A stretch of DNA of 64,000 nt, from positions 20,646,001 through 20,710,000 of the forward strand of contig OZ024741.1 of the NCBI GenBank assembly GCA_964016885.1, given 5' to 3'. This stretch comes from Eledone cirrhosa. Its lineage: Eukaryota. The notes under the pieces are model-generated. The model did no database searches. It was not told the DNA's origin and was given only the letters and a program-made list of their open reading frames with translations. Both the position numbers and the translations under genes were made by a program. Shown here piece by piece: positions 25,501 through 36,800 of this stretch. Each line of letters opens with the position of its first letter. Within the stretch, counting starts at the first letter, position 1.

Positions 25501-26198
25501 CTGGGCGCTGAAGGTGGAAGACTTACGTAGATTAGAGAGAAACGAAGCCTGCATGCTCCGATGGATGTGTAACAGTAATATACGTGAACGACAAAGCATA
25601 AATGAATTGAGAGAGAGACTGAGCATAAGAGGAATCAAATGCTGCGTGCAGGAGAGGCGGTTACGCTGGTATGGACATGTGATGCGTATGAAGGATGACA
25701 GCTGCATAAAAAGGTGCAGAGCACTAGAAGTTGATGGAAACCGCGGAGTGGGGAGACCCAAGATGACTTGGGATGAGGTGATAAAAGCCGACCTTACCCA
25801 ACTACACCTCTCAAAGTCAATGACACACGACCGTGACTTCTGGCGTCACGCAGTAATACAGGGTACCCGACCTCCCATGGGTACATGCTGAAGCATATAA
25901 ACAATATGCCCCCCCCCCCCCCCCCCACCGCAAGGTGGTCGTGGAGGTGCCACGGCAAAAAAGCACCCAGCCCACACTGTAAAGTGGACGTGTAGGCGCC
26001 ACGAAAAAGCACCCAGCACTCACTGTAAATGAGGTTGGTGTTAGGAAGGGCATCCAGCTGTAGAAATCAAGCCAGATCAGTTCCTGTATGAGCAAGGCAT
26101 GGTCAGCCGACCAGACACTGCCCACAACAGGACAACCCGTCTAACCCATGCTAGCGTGGAAGAACGGACGTAAAACGGTGATGATGATGATGATGATG
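17230..26198 (+). mobile_element. Full-length RTE LINE, probably including the monomer array
   Basis: ATACTC occurs at 17224-17229 and 26199-26204 (candidate TSD). The rejoined flanks restore an older RTE-tail repeat. Intact ORF, 3' UTR and (GAT)n tail. Confidence 0.8.
22772..25891 (+). CDS. RTE-clade LINE polyprotein, 1039 aa (APE endonuclease, reverse transcriptase, PHD-type finger)
   Basis: Uninterrupted ORF. APE motifs TINV, VQETRW, SAYAPQ, GDFNGH, LDFIL, SQH. RT motifs RGIKL, QFGF, FVDLEKAFD, GVHQGSVLSP, YADD, YLG. RTE-type C-terminus RLRWYGHV..GRPK.TW. Confidence 0.97.
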   Translation: MNLRATKHPREAPTQRPSPTSVDKCPKLRVGTINVGSMKGRAGEIVEMLERKEVDVCCVQETRWRGGSARVLVGKSQCYKFFWVGNDDGMGGVGILLADKWVDKVISVYRVNARIIKLRLVLNKTITTIISAYAPQSGLPDELKDRFYESLIHTTALTDDKDFLIIAGDFNGHVGKHCDGFNRVHGGHGVGTRNEEGFRLLEFCDANDMSICNTNFKKPDNHLITYRSGEHSSQLDFILIRGRDRWTVVNTKAFPSEECTSQHSLVVSDLTVRTRRALKQRPTWRRKIWKLKVPSTSNRFKDILLNAYDSKEEQIETFNVEENWEFLKNNLLEATDEVCGWSKTSSRRRVTWWWNNKVDEAVKAKRQAWKEWKNGGSRVHYIETKREARRQVYLARREAEDRKFKHVLQREDQKQEVFKIARQCVRDSCDVIGEKCIRNDKGELALTSAEKKDAWKSHYDRLLNEENAWEEETLPHVDPIEGPAVQVSGSVVSKAIRDMKIGKATGPSGIAAEMLKASGSVGHTITTRIVNQVILEGAIPKDWCSSIIVNCYKGKGDALDRGNYRGIKLMDQVMKVTERVIAQLIRDRVNIDEMQFGFVPGKGTTDALFLVRQLQEKYLAKSKPLYLAFVDLEKAFDRVPRAVIWWALRKLGVDEWLVKAVQAMYRGAVSKVRIGNEYSEEFSVQVGVHQGSVLSPLLFIIVLQAITEEFKTGCPWELLYADDLALIAESMVELENKFQTWKQGLERKGLKVNMTKTKVLISRRENRTQIPSGKWPCSVCRKGVGRNSILCPKCKQWVHKRCSGISGSLIKNVGFTCSSCAETASKQPQETSTTNLWEGPVETVDSFCYLGDRISNGGGCSESTITRVRTGWKKFRELLPLLAAKGFSLRMKGRLYDACIRTAMLHGSETWALKVEDLRRLERNEACMLRWMCNSNIRERQSINELRERLSIRGIKCCVQERRLRWYGHVMRMKDDSCIKRCRALEVDGNRGVGRPKMTWDEVIKADLTQLHLSKSMTHDRDFWRHAVIQGTRPPMGTC

Positions 26199-26747
26199 AT
26201 ACTCTGTAAACTCCTTGCTATTAGGAAATGGATCCAGCTATAGAAACCAAAGTGAAAACAGGACGTATGGGCAAGACATGGTCACCTGACTGGTCTAACT
26301 TTATTATGTAACAAGCATAGAAAATAGGTATTAAATGGGGATTGTGTGTGAATGAACATAAAACGGTGATGATGATGATACATACATGTATATTCATATA
26401 TATATTCTTTTACTCTTTTACCTGTTCCAGCCATCTGGCTGAGGTATATATATTGTCTGCTTGTAAGAAGTGTACTGCGGAGTAAAGAATTTATGCCAGA
26501 TCTGATTCCAGCTTGAGTGACAATAAGCAGATGTGCAACTCCTGGTATGGAGGAGATATTTGATCTCAGGACTATATGAGGAGACCCCCTTCTCTCAGAT
26601 TTTATTAATGAAGCATTTGTTCATTATACAGTGCTCCCATTGTCTACAATTGTAAACTTTACTTCCTCATAATACCTATTTACCATTAGCTGGAGTGGGT
26701 CAAGGGTTTGTCTTGGTAAGGTTCATGTTATAGCACTCATAGTGGAA

Positions 26748-27080
26748 TCATCATCATCATCATCATCATCATTTAACATCTATCTTCCACGCTAGCATGG
26801 GTTAGACGGGTTTGTCCCATTTAGCGGCAAGTTGGATCGGGTGACCATGTCTCGCTCATATAGGACTGTTTCTGGCTGGGTGCTTTTTACCATGTCTTTT
26901 ACACGACCACTTTATAGTGTATACTGGCTGCTTTTTACAGTGTGGGCCGGATGTTTTGTGGTACCAACATAACATACACATATATATATATTTCCATGCT
27001 AGCATGAGTTGGATGAGTTGTCCTGTTGTGGGCAATGCTAGGTCAGGTGATCATGTCTTGCTCATACAGGACTGATTCTG
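26748..27080 (-). mobile_element. RTE 3'-UTR/tail fragments
   Basis: (CAT)n plus ttccacgctagcatgggttagacggg at ~26748-26970, and a second stub at ~26990-27080. Confidence 0.7.
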
Positions 27081-28520
27081 CTAATCCTTTGGGTGTTTTT
27101 GTTTTGTGTCAAGCAAACAGCCCTACTCCTTCCAGCCTCACTTTCCAGAAACTCTACACCAGTCAATTACTGGTATGGGGCTATCTAAGTGACTATAATC
27201 TCTTCTCAAAATGTGGGGTCTTATGCAAATACTAGCAATGAATACTTCATCTGGGTAGTGGGGATGCCTATGATATTTGTAAAGTTGTTCCAAAAGTGGA
27301 AAAGTTGCATATTTCCAGCTAATAAGTAAAACCTAGATATTGCATTGAGAAAACAAATGCAGCTGTTGCAACAACTAGGATTTCAATGTGTTTGTCTGGT
27401 GGTGGTGGTGGTGGTGGAGCCACGAAAAAATGAACCTGATTCATAACATGGAGTGGTTAACATCAAGAGAGGAACATTCAACCATAGAAAACTCTGCCAA
27501 ATTCGAACATATGTGCAAGACACAGTCATCTGACCTGACTGGCCTTAAAATGTGACAACCCAGCTAACCTACATAGAATGTAATTATGATAGTTTGTCTA
27601 ATTTCTGTCAACATTAACCTAATTAAAAAATTAAACTTACATTCTGCTATACAGTTCTGTCCTCTGCTCTGGGACAGAGGGGGGTGCCTTAATTAGAAAC
27701 CATTTATTTCTTCCCACACACATCCATATTGTTATTTGGCAGTTGATATAGAACAGCTATCATTTAATCAACATGTATGTTTGACATTAAACCTCGGAGG
27801 GATGAAGGTTAACCCCACCACCCCGTCAAAAATATGTTGTCAGTGCTATGCTGTTTGCTATTATATATATGTAGTATGTATAGTATGTATATATATATAT
27901 ATATATACATACACATATGTGTGTGTATATATATATATGTAGTATGTCATCATCATCATCATTTTACGTCTGCTTGCAAGGATATATATACACGTGTGTG
28001 TGAGTGTATATATATATATATGTAGTATGTAAGATAAAGCCTTTACTGTGAAAATACAATAGTAAATATAGAGTAATGTAAATGATAAACGGTTAAAATA
28101 TTGGTGTGATTAACTCCATTAGCAAGACATTCAGGGAAGATATAAAACCACACTATAACTGCATCACATTAAAGATTAAAGTCTTTATTTTAGTTTAATG
28201 CAAATTTTTCCCCTAAAAAAATGTCCAGTATTAAAGATGCCTGTCCTTTTCTTCTATTACCAGGAGCCTGCTTGAATTCTTACATTTAATAGTTTAGAGT
28301 GATAAAGCTTTCATGTATATTTCACATAGATTCAAATTCATTAGGCTGACTTTAGCAACATTATATAAGAATTACTGTATATACTTGAATATAGGCCGAG
28401 GAATATGTGACCAAAAAATCAATGATAGAGGTGGGCAGCTAAACCAACACTATAACTGCATCACAATAACGATTGAAGTCTTTAATTTAATTTAATGCAA
28501 ATTGGAAGTCTTTACTTTAA

Positions 28521-28674
28521 CCCTTTAATGTTCAAACCGGCCAAAACTTGCCAGAATTCTCTACCTCTTTCTGTTGTAACTGGCTGTAACTGGTCACTCA
28601 AACTGATGTTAAGGTATTGTTCTCAAAATAAATACTTTCAAAATCTCATAGAGAGTAATGTGAATGCTAAAGGG
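28521..28674 (+). mobile_element. piggyBac-type MITE (internally deleted)
   Basis: TTAA|CCCTTTA ... GCTAAAGGG|TTAA. Confidence 0.8.
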
Positions 28675-28838
28675 TTAATCTAATGCGAATTCCCCTTCCT
28701 CTAAAAAATGTCCAGTATTAAAGTTATAAACATTTGACTTTATAAGCCTGTTTTTAGATATTTTCTGCTGAACCATTACAGGATGTTATGAGTTAAGAGT
28801 GAACTTAAAGAATTAGAAGTTAATATAATGTAAGAATA

Positions 28839-29032
28839 TACCGTATATTGTCAAATATAAGCCACGGTATGTGTGATATGTGACCAAAACATTAATGGTA
28901 GAAGAGTGGGGTCAGCTTAGATTCTGGGTCAATATTTTGACAATTTTCACTAACTTCAAATTCTACGTAAATAAGATTTGGATGTTTTCTTATTTCTCAG
29001 GCATAAAATAGTGGGAGTCGACTTATATTCAA
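28839..29032. mobile_element. Tc1/mariner-type MITE remnant (related pieces at ~28372-28440 and ~56598-56766)
   Basis: TIR-like taccgtatat..aatataag and cttatattcaag. All three places share the internal atatgtgaccaaa. Confidence 0.45.
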
Positions 29033-29034
29033 GG

Positions 29035-29535
29035 ATCTCCCACTGTTGACAACAAAAGGTTTCTCTCTACATACAAAATGATGCCTGTGTGTGAAGTGTG
29101 ATGCTGCATGTTAGTGAAACATGAGCTGTGATAGCAGAGGACATGTATAAACTGGAGAGAAATGAAGTAACCATGCTTTGTTGGATGCACTATGTAAATG
29201 TGAGAGAAAAGCAGAGCTTGAACGAGTTGAGGGAGAAGCTGGGTTTAAGAGGAATCCGAGGTGATGTGCGGAGAGCAGCCTGCGTTGGTATGGACATGTG
29301 ATGCACATGGACAATGATTGTTGGATGAAGAAGTGCCAGGAAAAGCCAGTGGAAGGAAGCTGCAGTAGAGGTAGACCAAGAAAGACCTGGGCGGAGATTG
29401 GGAGAGCTGACCTCAAATCACTGTGACTTACAGAGGAGATGACAAAGGATTGCAATGAGTGGAGAGATGCTATGTTGAGAAGGACTTGTTCAACCCATGC
29501 AAGTAAGGAGAAACAGACATAAAAGCAGTGATGAT
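29035..29535 (+). mobile_element. Degenerate RTE LINE 3' fragment
   Basis: LRWYGHVMHMDND..GRPRKTW-like sequence and a decayed tail. Confidence 0.75.
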
Positions 29536-29751
29536 ATTTTGGTCAGAGCTTTGAACAACAAGGGAATAATCAAGGTTCATTCAGTCAGATTGTGAGGGAA
29601 AATGGAATGAAAATTTAAACTGTAGAGTATATTATAACAGGACTATATAGTATAATAGAACTGAAGTATAACAAACAGTGAGTAAAAAATTGTACTCCAC
29701 TGTTCTGAATACAAATTCTGCTACGGTCATCTTTCAGACTTCTTTTAGATT

Positions 29752-30003
29752 CACTCATTCCTGAGATGGTTGAGTGGGCAGAGTCCTCAAACACTCCTTC
29801 CAGCGAGTCCTGTCAGAACCAACTGTCTCAAACTGATCCGGCTGGATCCCCATGCAAGACCAGCCAAGCGCGTGGACGTTATCCAACCATCTTGCTTGAG
29901 CTCTACCCCTGGGTCTTCTGCTAGTTGGTTTTGCCCATAAAATCTGTCGAGTGATTTTTTTTCCTGAGACATTCTAAGCACATGTCCATAGTATCGAAGC
30001 TGT
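29752..30003 (-). mobile_element. Rex3/Expander-like RTE fragment
   Basis: Homologous to 53230-53490 (LRYYGHV.RMSQE..GRP). Confidence 0.65.
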
Positions 30004-30297
30004 ATTCACAATTGTATTCTTTCAGGCTTCATAAATAAAAAAAGCAACTCAGTTAGGTGGACTGGCCAATTCTTCCTCTATGTTTCTTTCTCATTTCCAT
30101 TCACTCTTATCCTTCTCTGGAAGAAATCTGCTGTACTCCGACCTGGAGAGGGATGGGCCCCACCAGGTTTTAAAAGATGGCCAAGAAACGCCATATGTCA
30201 ATCCAGCACCCCAACAACTCCCTTAAGAGTTACGGGACCATGCAAAAAAATGTTGAATTGTATTTAGTGTTGACCTGCAATGTTGCTAACTAATACA

Positions 30298-30608
30298 ATA
30301 TTGGTTTCTGATTTAGGCACAAGGCCAGCAATTTGGGGGAGGGGAAAGTCGATTAAATTAACCCCAGTGTACTTTATTTTATTGACCCCATAAAGTCTAA
30401 AGGCAAAGGTAACTGATACAATAATTGTTTCTACTTTTGGCACAAGGCCAACAATTACCCAGTGTATTACTGGTACTTTATTTTATCGACCCCGTAAGGA
30501 TGAAAGGCAAAGTTAACCTCGGCTGGATTTGAACGCAGAATGGCAAGGGCCATAACTCTATGCGTCATAGCGTGGTGTGCGACCGTCTACCAATACTGCC
30601 AATCCACC
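30298..30608 (-). mobile_element. Two adjacent tRNA-derived SINE copies (one partial, one near full length)
   Basis: Reverse complement of the 50897-51082 and 55083-55300 family. Confidence 0.75.
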
Positions 30609-30654
30609 TGATGCTATGTTTATTGTTGATGTTATTTTTGAGCGGATTATATAA

Positions 30655-30805
30655 TATAATAATAATAATGAAATTATTGTGTACAGTGCTCAGGTGCACT
30701 ACAGCTCGTCAAAGGTGCATGTATAGTACATAGAATAATGTACTAAAGTCAGGAAAGTGAACAGTGTACGAACAGTGTAATATACAAATGTCAGGGAGGT
30801 GAATA
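30655..30805 (-). mobile_element. CR1-like 3'-UTR fragment
   Basis: Reverse complement of ~13020-13178, with an (ATT)n tail. Confidence 0.75.
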
Positions 30806-30857
30806 TAAATGGAGTTGTTTGATTGTCTTCTTTTTTAGTTTTATACAGAGTTGGCTT

Positions 30858-33800
30858 TTGTTGCTATCTGAAACTGTTCTTACATATTTCAAACATGTTT
30901 ATGTGAGGAACTTACAGTGTTTAACACCAATGTTGCTATCTGAAACTGTTCTTACATATTTCAAACATGTTTATGTGAGGAACTTACAGTGTTTAACACT
31001 GATGTTGCTATCTGAAACTGTTCTTACATATTTCAAACATGTTTATGTGAGGAACTTACAGTGTTTAACACCAATGTTGCTATCTGAAACTGTTCTTACA
31101 TATTTCAAACATGTTTATGTGAGGAACTTACAGTGTTTAACACTGATGTTGCTATCTGAAACTGTTCTTACATATTTCAAACATGTTTATGTAAGGAACT
31201 TACAGTGTTTAACACTGATGTTGCTATCTGAAACTGTTCTTACATATTTCAAACATGTTTATGTGAGGAACTTACAGTGTTTAACACTGATGTTGCTATC
31301 TGAAACTGTTCTTACATATTTCAAACATGTTTATGTGAGGAACTTACAGTGTTTAACACCAATGTTGCTATCTGAAACTGTTCTTACATATTTCAAACAT
31401 GTTTATGTGAGGAACTTACAGTGTTTAACACTGATGTTGCTATCTGAAACTGTTCTTACATATTTCAAACATGTTTATGTGAGGAACTTACAGTGTTTAA
31501 CATTGATGTTGCTATCTGAAACTGTTCTTACATATTTCAAACGTGTTTATGTGAGGAACTTACAGTGTTTAACACCAATGTTGCTATCTGAAACTGTTCT
31601 TACATATTTCAAACATGTTTATGTGAGGAACTTACAGTGTTTAACACTGATGTTGCCATCTGAAACTGTTCTTACATATTTCAAACATGTTTATGTGAGG
31701 AACTTACAGTGTTTAACATTGATGTTGCTATCTGAAACTGTTCTTACATATTTCAAACATGTTTATGTGAGGAACTTACAGTGTTTAACATTGATGTTGC
31801 TATCTGAAACTGTTCTTACATATTTCAAACGTGTTTATGTGAGGAACTTACAGTGTTTAACACCAATGTTGCTATCTGAAACTGTTCTTACATATTTCAA
31901 ACATGTTTATGTGAGGAACTTACAGTGTTTAACACTGATGTTGCTATCTGAAACTGTTCTTACATATTTGAAACGTGTTTATGTGAGGAACTTACAGTGT
32001 TTAACACCAATGTTGCTATCTGAAACTGTTCTTACATATTTCAAACGTGTTTATGTGAGGAACTTACAGTGTTTAACACCAATGTTGCTATCTGAAACTG
32101 TTCTTACATATTTCAAACATGTTTATGTGAAGAACTTACAGTGTTTAACACCAATGTTGCTATCTGAAACTGTTCTTACATATTTCAAACATGTTTATGT
32201 GAGGAACTTACAGTGTTTAACACCAATGTTGCTATCTGAAACTGTTCTTACATATTTCAAACATGTTTATGTGAGGAACTTACAGTGTTTAACACCAATG
32301 TTGCTATCTGAAACTGTTCTTACATATTTCAAACATGTTTATGTGAGGAACTTACAGTGTTTAACACTGATGTTGCTATCTGAAACTGTTCTTACATATT
32401 TCAAACGTGTTTATGTGAGGAACTTACAGTGTTTAACACCAATGTTGCTATCTGAAACTGTTCTTACATATTTCAAACATGTTTATGTGAGGAACTTACA
32501 GTGTTTAACACCAATGTTGCTATCTGAAACTGTTCTTACATATTTCAAACATGTTTATGTGAGGAACTTACAGTGTTTAACACTGATGTTGCTATCTGAA
32601 ACTGTTCTTACATATTTCAAACATGTTTATGTGAGGAACTTACAGTGTTTAACATTGATGTTGCTATCTGAAACTGTTCTTACATATTTCAAACGTGTTT
32701 ATGTGAGGAACTTACAGTGTTTAACACCAATGTTGCTATCTGAAACTGTTCTTACATATTTCAAACATGTTTATGTGAGGAACTTACAGTGTTTAACACC
32801 AATGTTGCCATCTGAAACTGTTCTTACATATTTCAAACATGTTTATGTGAGGAACTTACAGTGTTTAACATTGATGTTGCTATCTGAAACTGTTCTTACA
32901 TATTTCAAACATGTTTATGTGAGGAACTTACAGTGTTTAACACCAATGTTGCCATCTGAAACTGTTCTTACATATTTCAAACATGTTTATGTGAGGAACT
33001 TACAGTGTTTAACATTGATGTTGCTATCTGAAACTGTTCTTACATATTTCAAACATGTTTATGTGAGGAACTTACAGTGTTTAACACCAATGTTGCCATC
33101 TGAAACTGTTCTTACATATTTCAAACATGTTTATGTGAGGAACTTACAGTGTTTAACATTGATGTTGCTATCTGAAACTGTTCTTACATATTTCAAACAT
33201 GTTTATGTGAGGAACTTACAGTGTTTAACACCAATGTTGCCATCTGAAACTGTTCTTACATATTTCAAACATGTTTATGTGAGGAACTTACAGTGTTTAA
33301 CATTGATGTTGCTATCTGAAACTGTTCTTACATATTTCAAACATGTTTATGTGAGGAACTTACAGTGTTTAACACCAATGTTGCCATCTGAAACTGTTCT
33401 TACATATTTCAAACATGTTTATGTGAGGAACTTACAGTGTTTAACACTGATGTTGCTATCTGAAACTGTTCTTACATATTTCAAACATGTTTATGTGAGG
33501 AACTTACAGTGTTTAACATTGATGTTGCTATCTGAAACTGTTCTTACATATTTCAAACATGTTTATGTGAGGAACTTACAGTGTTTAACACTGATGTTGC
33601 TATCTGAAACTGTTCTTACATATTTCAAACATGTTTATGTGAGGAACTTACAGTGTTTAACATTGATGTTGCTATCTGAAACTGTTCTTACATATTTCAA
33701 ACATGTTTATGTGAGGAACTTACAGTGTTTAACATTGATGTTGCTATCTGAAACTGTTCTTACATATTTCAAACATGTTTATGTGAGGAACTTACAGTGT

Positions 33801-36800
33801 TTAACATTGATGTTGCTATCTGAAACTGTTCTTACATATTTCAAACATGTTTATGTGAGGAACTTACAGTGTTTAACATTGATGTTGCTATCTGAAACTG
33901 TTCTTACATATTTCAAACATGTTTATGTGAGGAACTTACAGTGTTTAACACTGATGTTGCTATCTGAAACTGTTCTTACATATTTCAAACATGTTTATGT
34001 GAGGAACTTACAGTGTTTAACATTGATGTTGCTATCTGAAACTGTTCTTACATATTTCAAACATGTTTATGTGAGGAACTTACAGTGTTTAACACTGATG
34101 TTGCTATCTGAAACTGTTCTTACATATTTCAAACATGTTTATGTGAGGAACTTACAGTGTTTAACATTGATGTTGCTATCTGAAACTGTTCTTACATATT
34201 TCAAACATGTTTATGTGAGGAACTTACAGTGTTTAGCATTGATGTTGCTATCTGAAACTGTTCTTACATATTTCAAACATGTTTATGTGAGGAACTTACA
34301 GTGTTTAACACCAATGTTGCCATCTGAAACTGTTCTTACATATTTCAAACATGTTTATGTGAGGAACTTACAGTGTTTAACACTGATGTTGCTATCTGAA
34401 ACTGTTCTTACATATTTCAAACATGTTTATGTGAGGAACTTACAGTGTTTAACATTGATGTTGCTATCTGAAACTGTTCTTACATATTTCAAACATGTTT
34501 ATGTGAGGAACTTACAGTGTTTAACACCAATGTTGCCATCTGAAACTGTTCTTACATATTTCAAACATGTTTATGTGAGGAACTTACAGTGTTTAACATT
34601 GATGTTGCTATCTGAAACTGTTCTTACATATTTCAAACATGTTTATGTGAGGAACTTACAGTGTTTAACACCAATGTTGCCATCTGAAACTGTTCTTACA
34701 TATTTCAAACATGTTTATGTGAGGAACTTACAGTGTTTAACACCAATGTTGCTATCTGAAACTGTTCTTACATATTTCAAACATGTTTATGTGAGGAACT
34801 TACAGTGTTTAACACCAATGTTGCCATCTGAAACTGTTCTTACATATTTCAAACATGTTTATGTGAGGAACTTACAGTGTTTAACATTGATGTTGCTATC
34901 TGAAACTGTTCTTACATATTTCAAACATGTTTATGTGAGGAACTTACAGTGTTTAACACCAATGTTGCCATCTGAAACTGTTCTTACATATTTCAAACAT
35001 GTTTATGTGAGGAACTTACAGTGTTTAACACCAATGTTGCTATCTGAAACTGTTCTTACATATTTCAAACATGTTTATGTGAGGAACTTACAGTGTTTAA
35101 CACCAATGTTGCCATCTGAAACTGTTCTTACATATTTCAAACATGTTTATGTGAGGAACTTACAGTGTTTAACATTGATGTTGCTATCTGAAACTGTTCT
35201 TACATATTTCAAACATGTTTATGTGAGGAACTTACAGTGTTTAACACCAATGTTGCCATCTGAAACTGTTCTTACATATTTCAAACATGTTTATGTGAGG
35301 AACTTACAGTGTTTAACACCAATGTTGCTATCTGAAACTGTTCTTACATATTTCAAACATGTTTATGTGAGGAACTTACAGTGTTTAACACCAATGTTGC
35401 CATCTGAAACTGTTCTTACATATTTCAAACATGTTTATGTGATGAACTTACAGTGTTTAACATTGATGTTGCTATCTGAAACTGTTCTTACATATTTCAA
35501 ACATGTTTATGTGAGGAACTTACAGTGTTTAACACCAATGTTGCCATCTGAAACTGTTCTTACATATTTCAAACATGTTTATGTGAGGAACTTACAGTGT
35601 TTAACATTGATGTTGCTATCTGAAACTGTTCTTACATATTTCAAACATGTTTATGTGAGGAACTTACAGTGTTTAACACCAATGTTGCCATCTGAAACTG
35701 TTCTTACATATTTCAAACATGTTTATGTGAGGAACTTACAGTGTTTAACATTGATGTTGCTATCTGAAACTGTTCTTACATATTTCAAACATGTTTATGT
35801 GGGGAACTTACAGTGTTTAACACTGATGTTGCTATCTGAAACTGTTCTTACATATTTCAAACATGTTTATGTGAGGAACTTACAGTGTTTAACACCAATG
35901 TTGCCATCTGAAACTGTTCTTACATATTTCAAACATGTTTATGTGAGGAACTTACAGTGTTTAACATTGATGTTGCCATCTGAAACTGTTCTTACATATT
36001 TCAAACATGTTTATGTGAGGAACTTACAGTGTTTAACATTGATGTTGCTATCTGAAACTGTTCTTACATATTTCAAACATGTTTATGTGAGGAACTTACA
36101 GTGTTTAACATTGATGTTGCTATCTGAAACTGTTCTTACATATTTCAAACATGTTTATGTGAGGAACTTACAGTGTTTAACATTGATGTTGCTATCTGAA
36201 ACTGTTCTTACATATTTCAAACATGTTTATGTGAGGAACTTACAGTGTTTAACATTGATGTTGCTATCTGAAACTGTTCTTACATATTTCAAACATGTTT
36301 ATGTGAGGAACTTACAGTGTTTAACACCAATGTTGCCATCTGAAACTGTTCTTACATATTTCAAACATGTTTATGTGAGGAACTTACAGTGTTTAACATT
36401 GATGTTGCTATCTGAAACTGTTCTTACATATTTCAAACATGTTTATGTGAGGAACTTACAGTGTTTAACACCAATGTTGCCATCTGAAACTGTTCTTACA
36501 TATTTCAAACATGTTTATGTGAGGAACTTACAGTGTTTAACATTGATGTTGCTATCTGAAACTGTTCTTACATATTTCAAACATGTTTATGTGAGGAACT
36601 TACAGTGTTTAACACCAATGTTGCCATCTGAAACTGTTCTTACATATTTCAAACATGTTTATGTGAGGAACTTACAGTGTTTAACATTGATGTTGCCATC
36701 TGAAACTGTTCTTACATATTTCAAACATGTTTATGTGAGGAACTTACAGTGTTTAACACTGATGTTGCCATCTGAAACTGTTCTTACATATTTCAAACAT

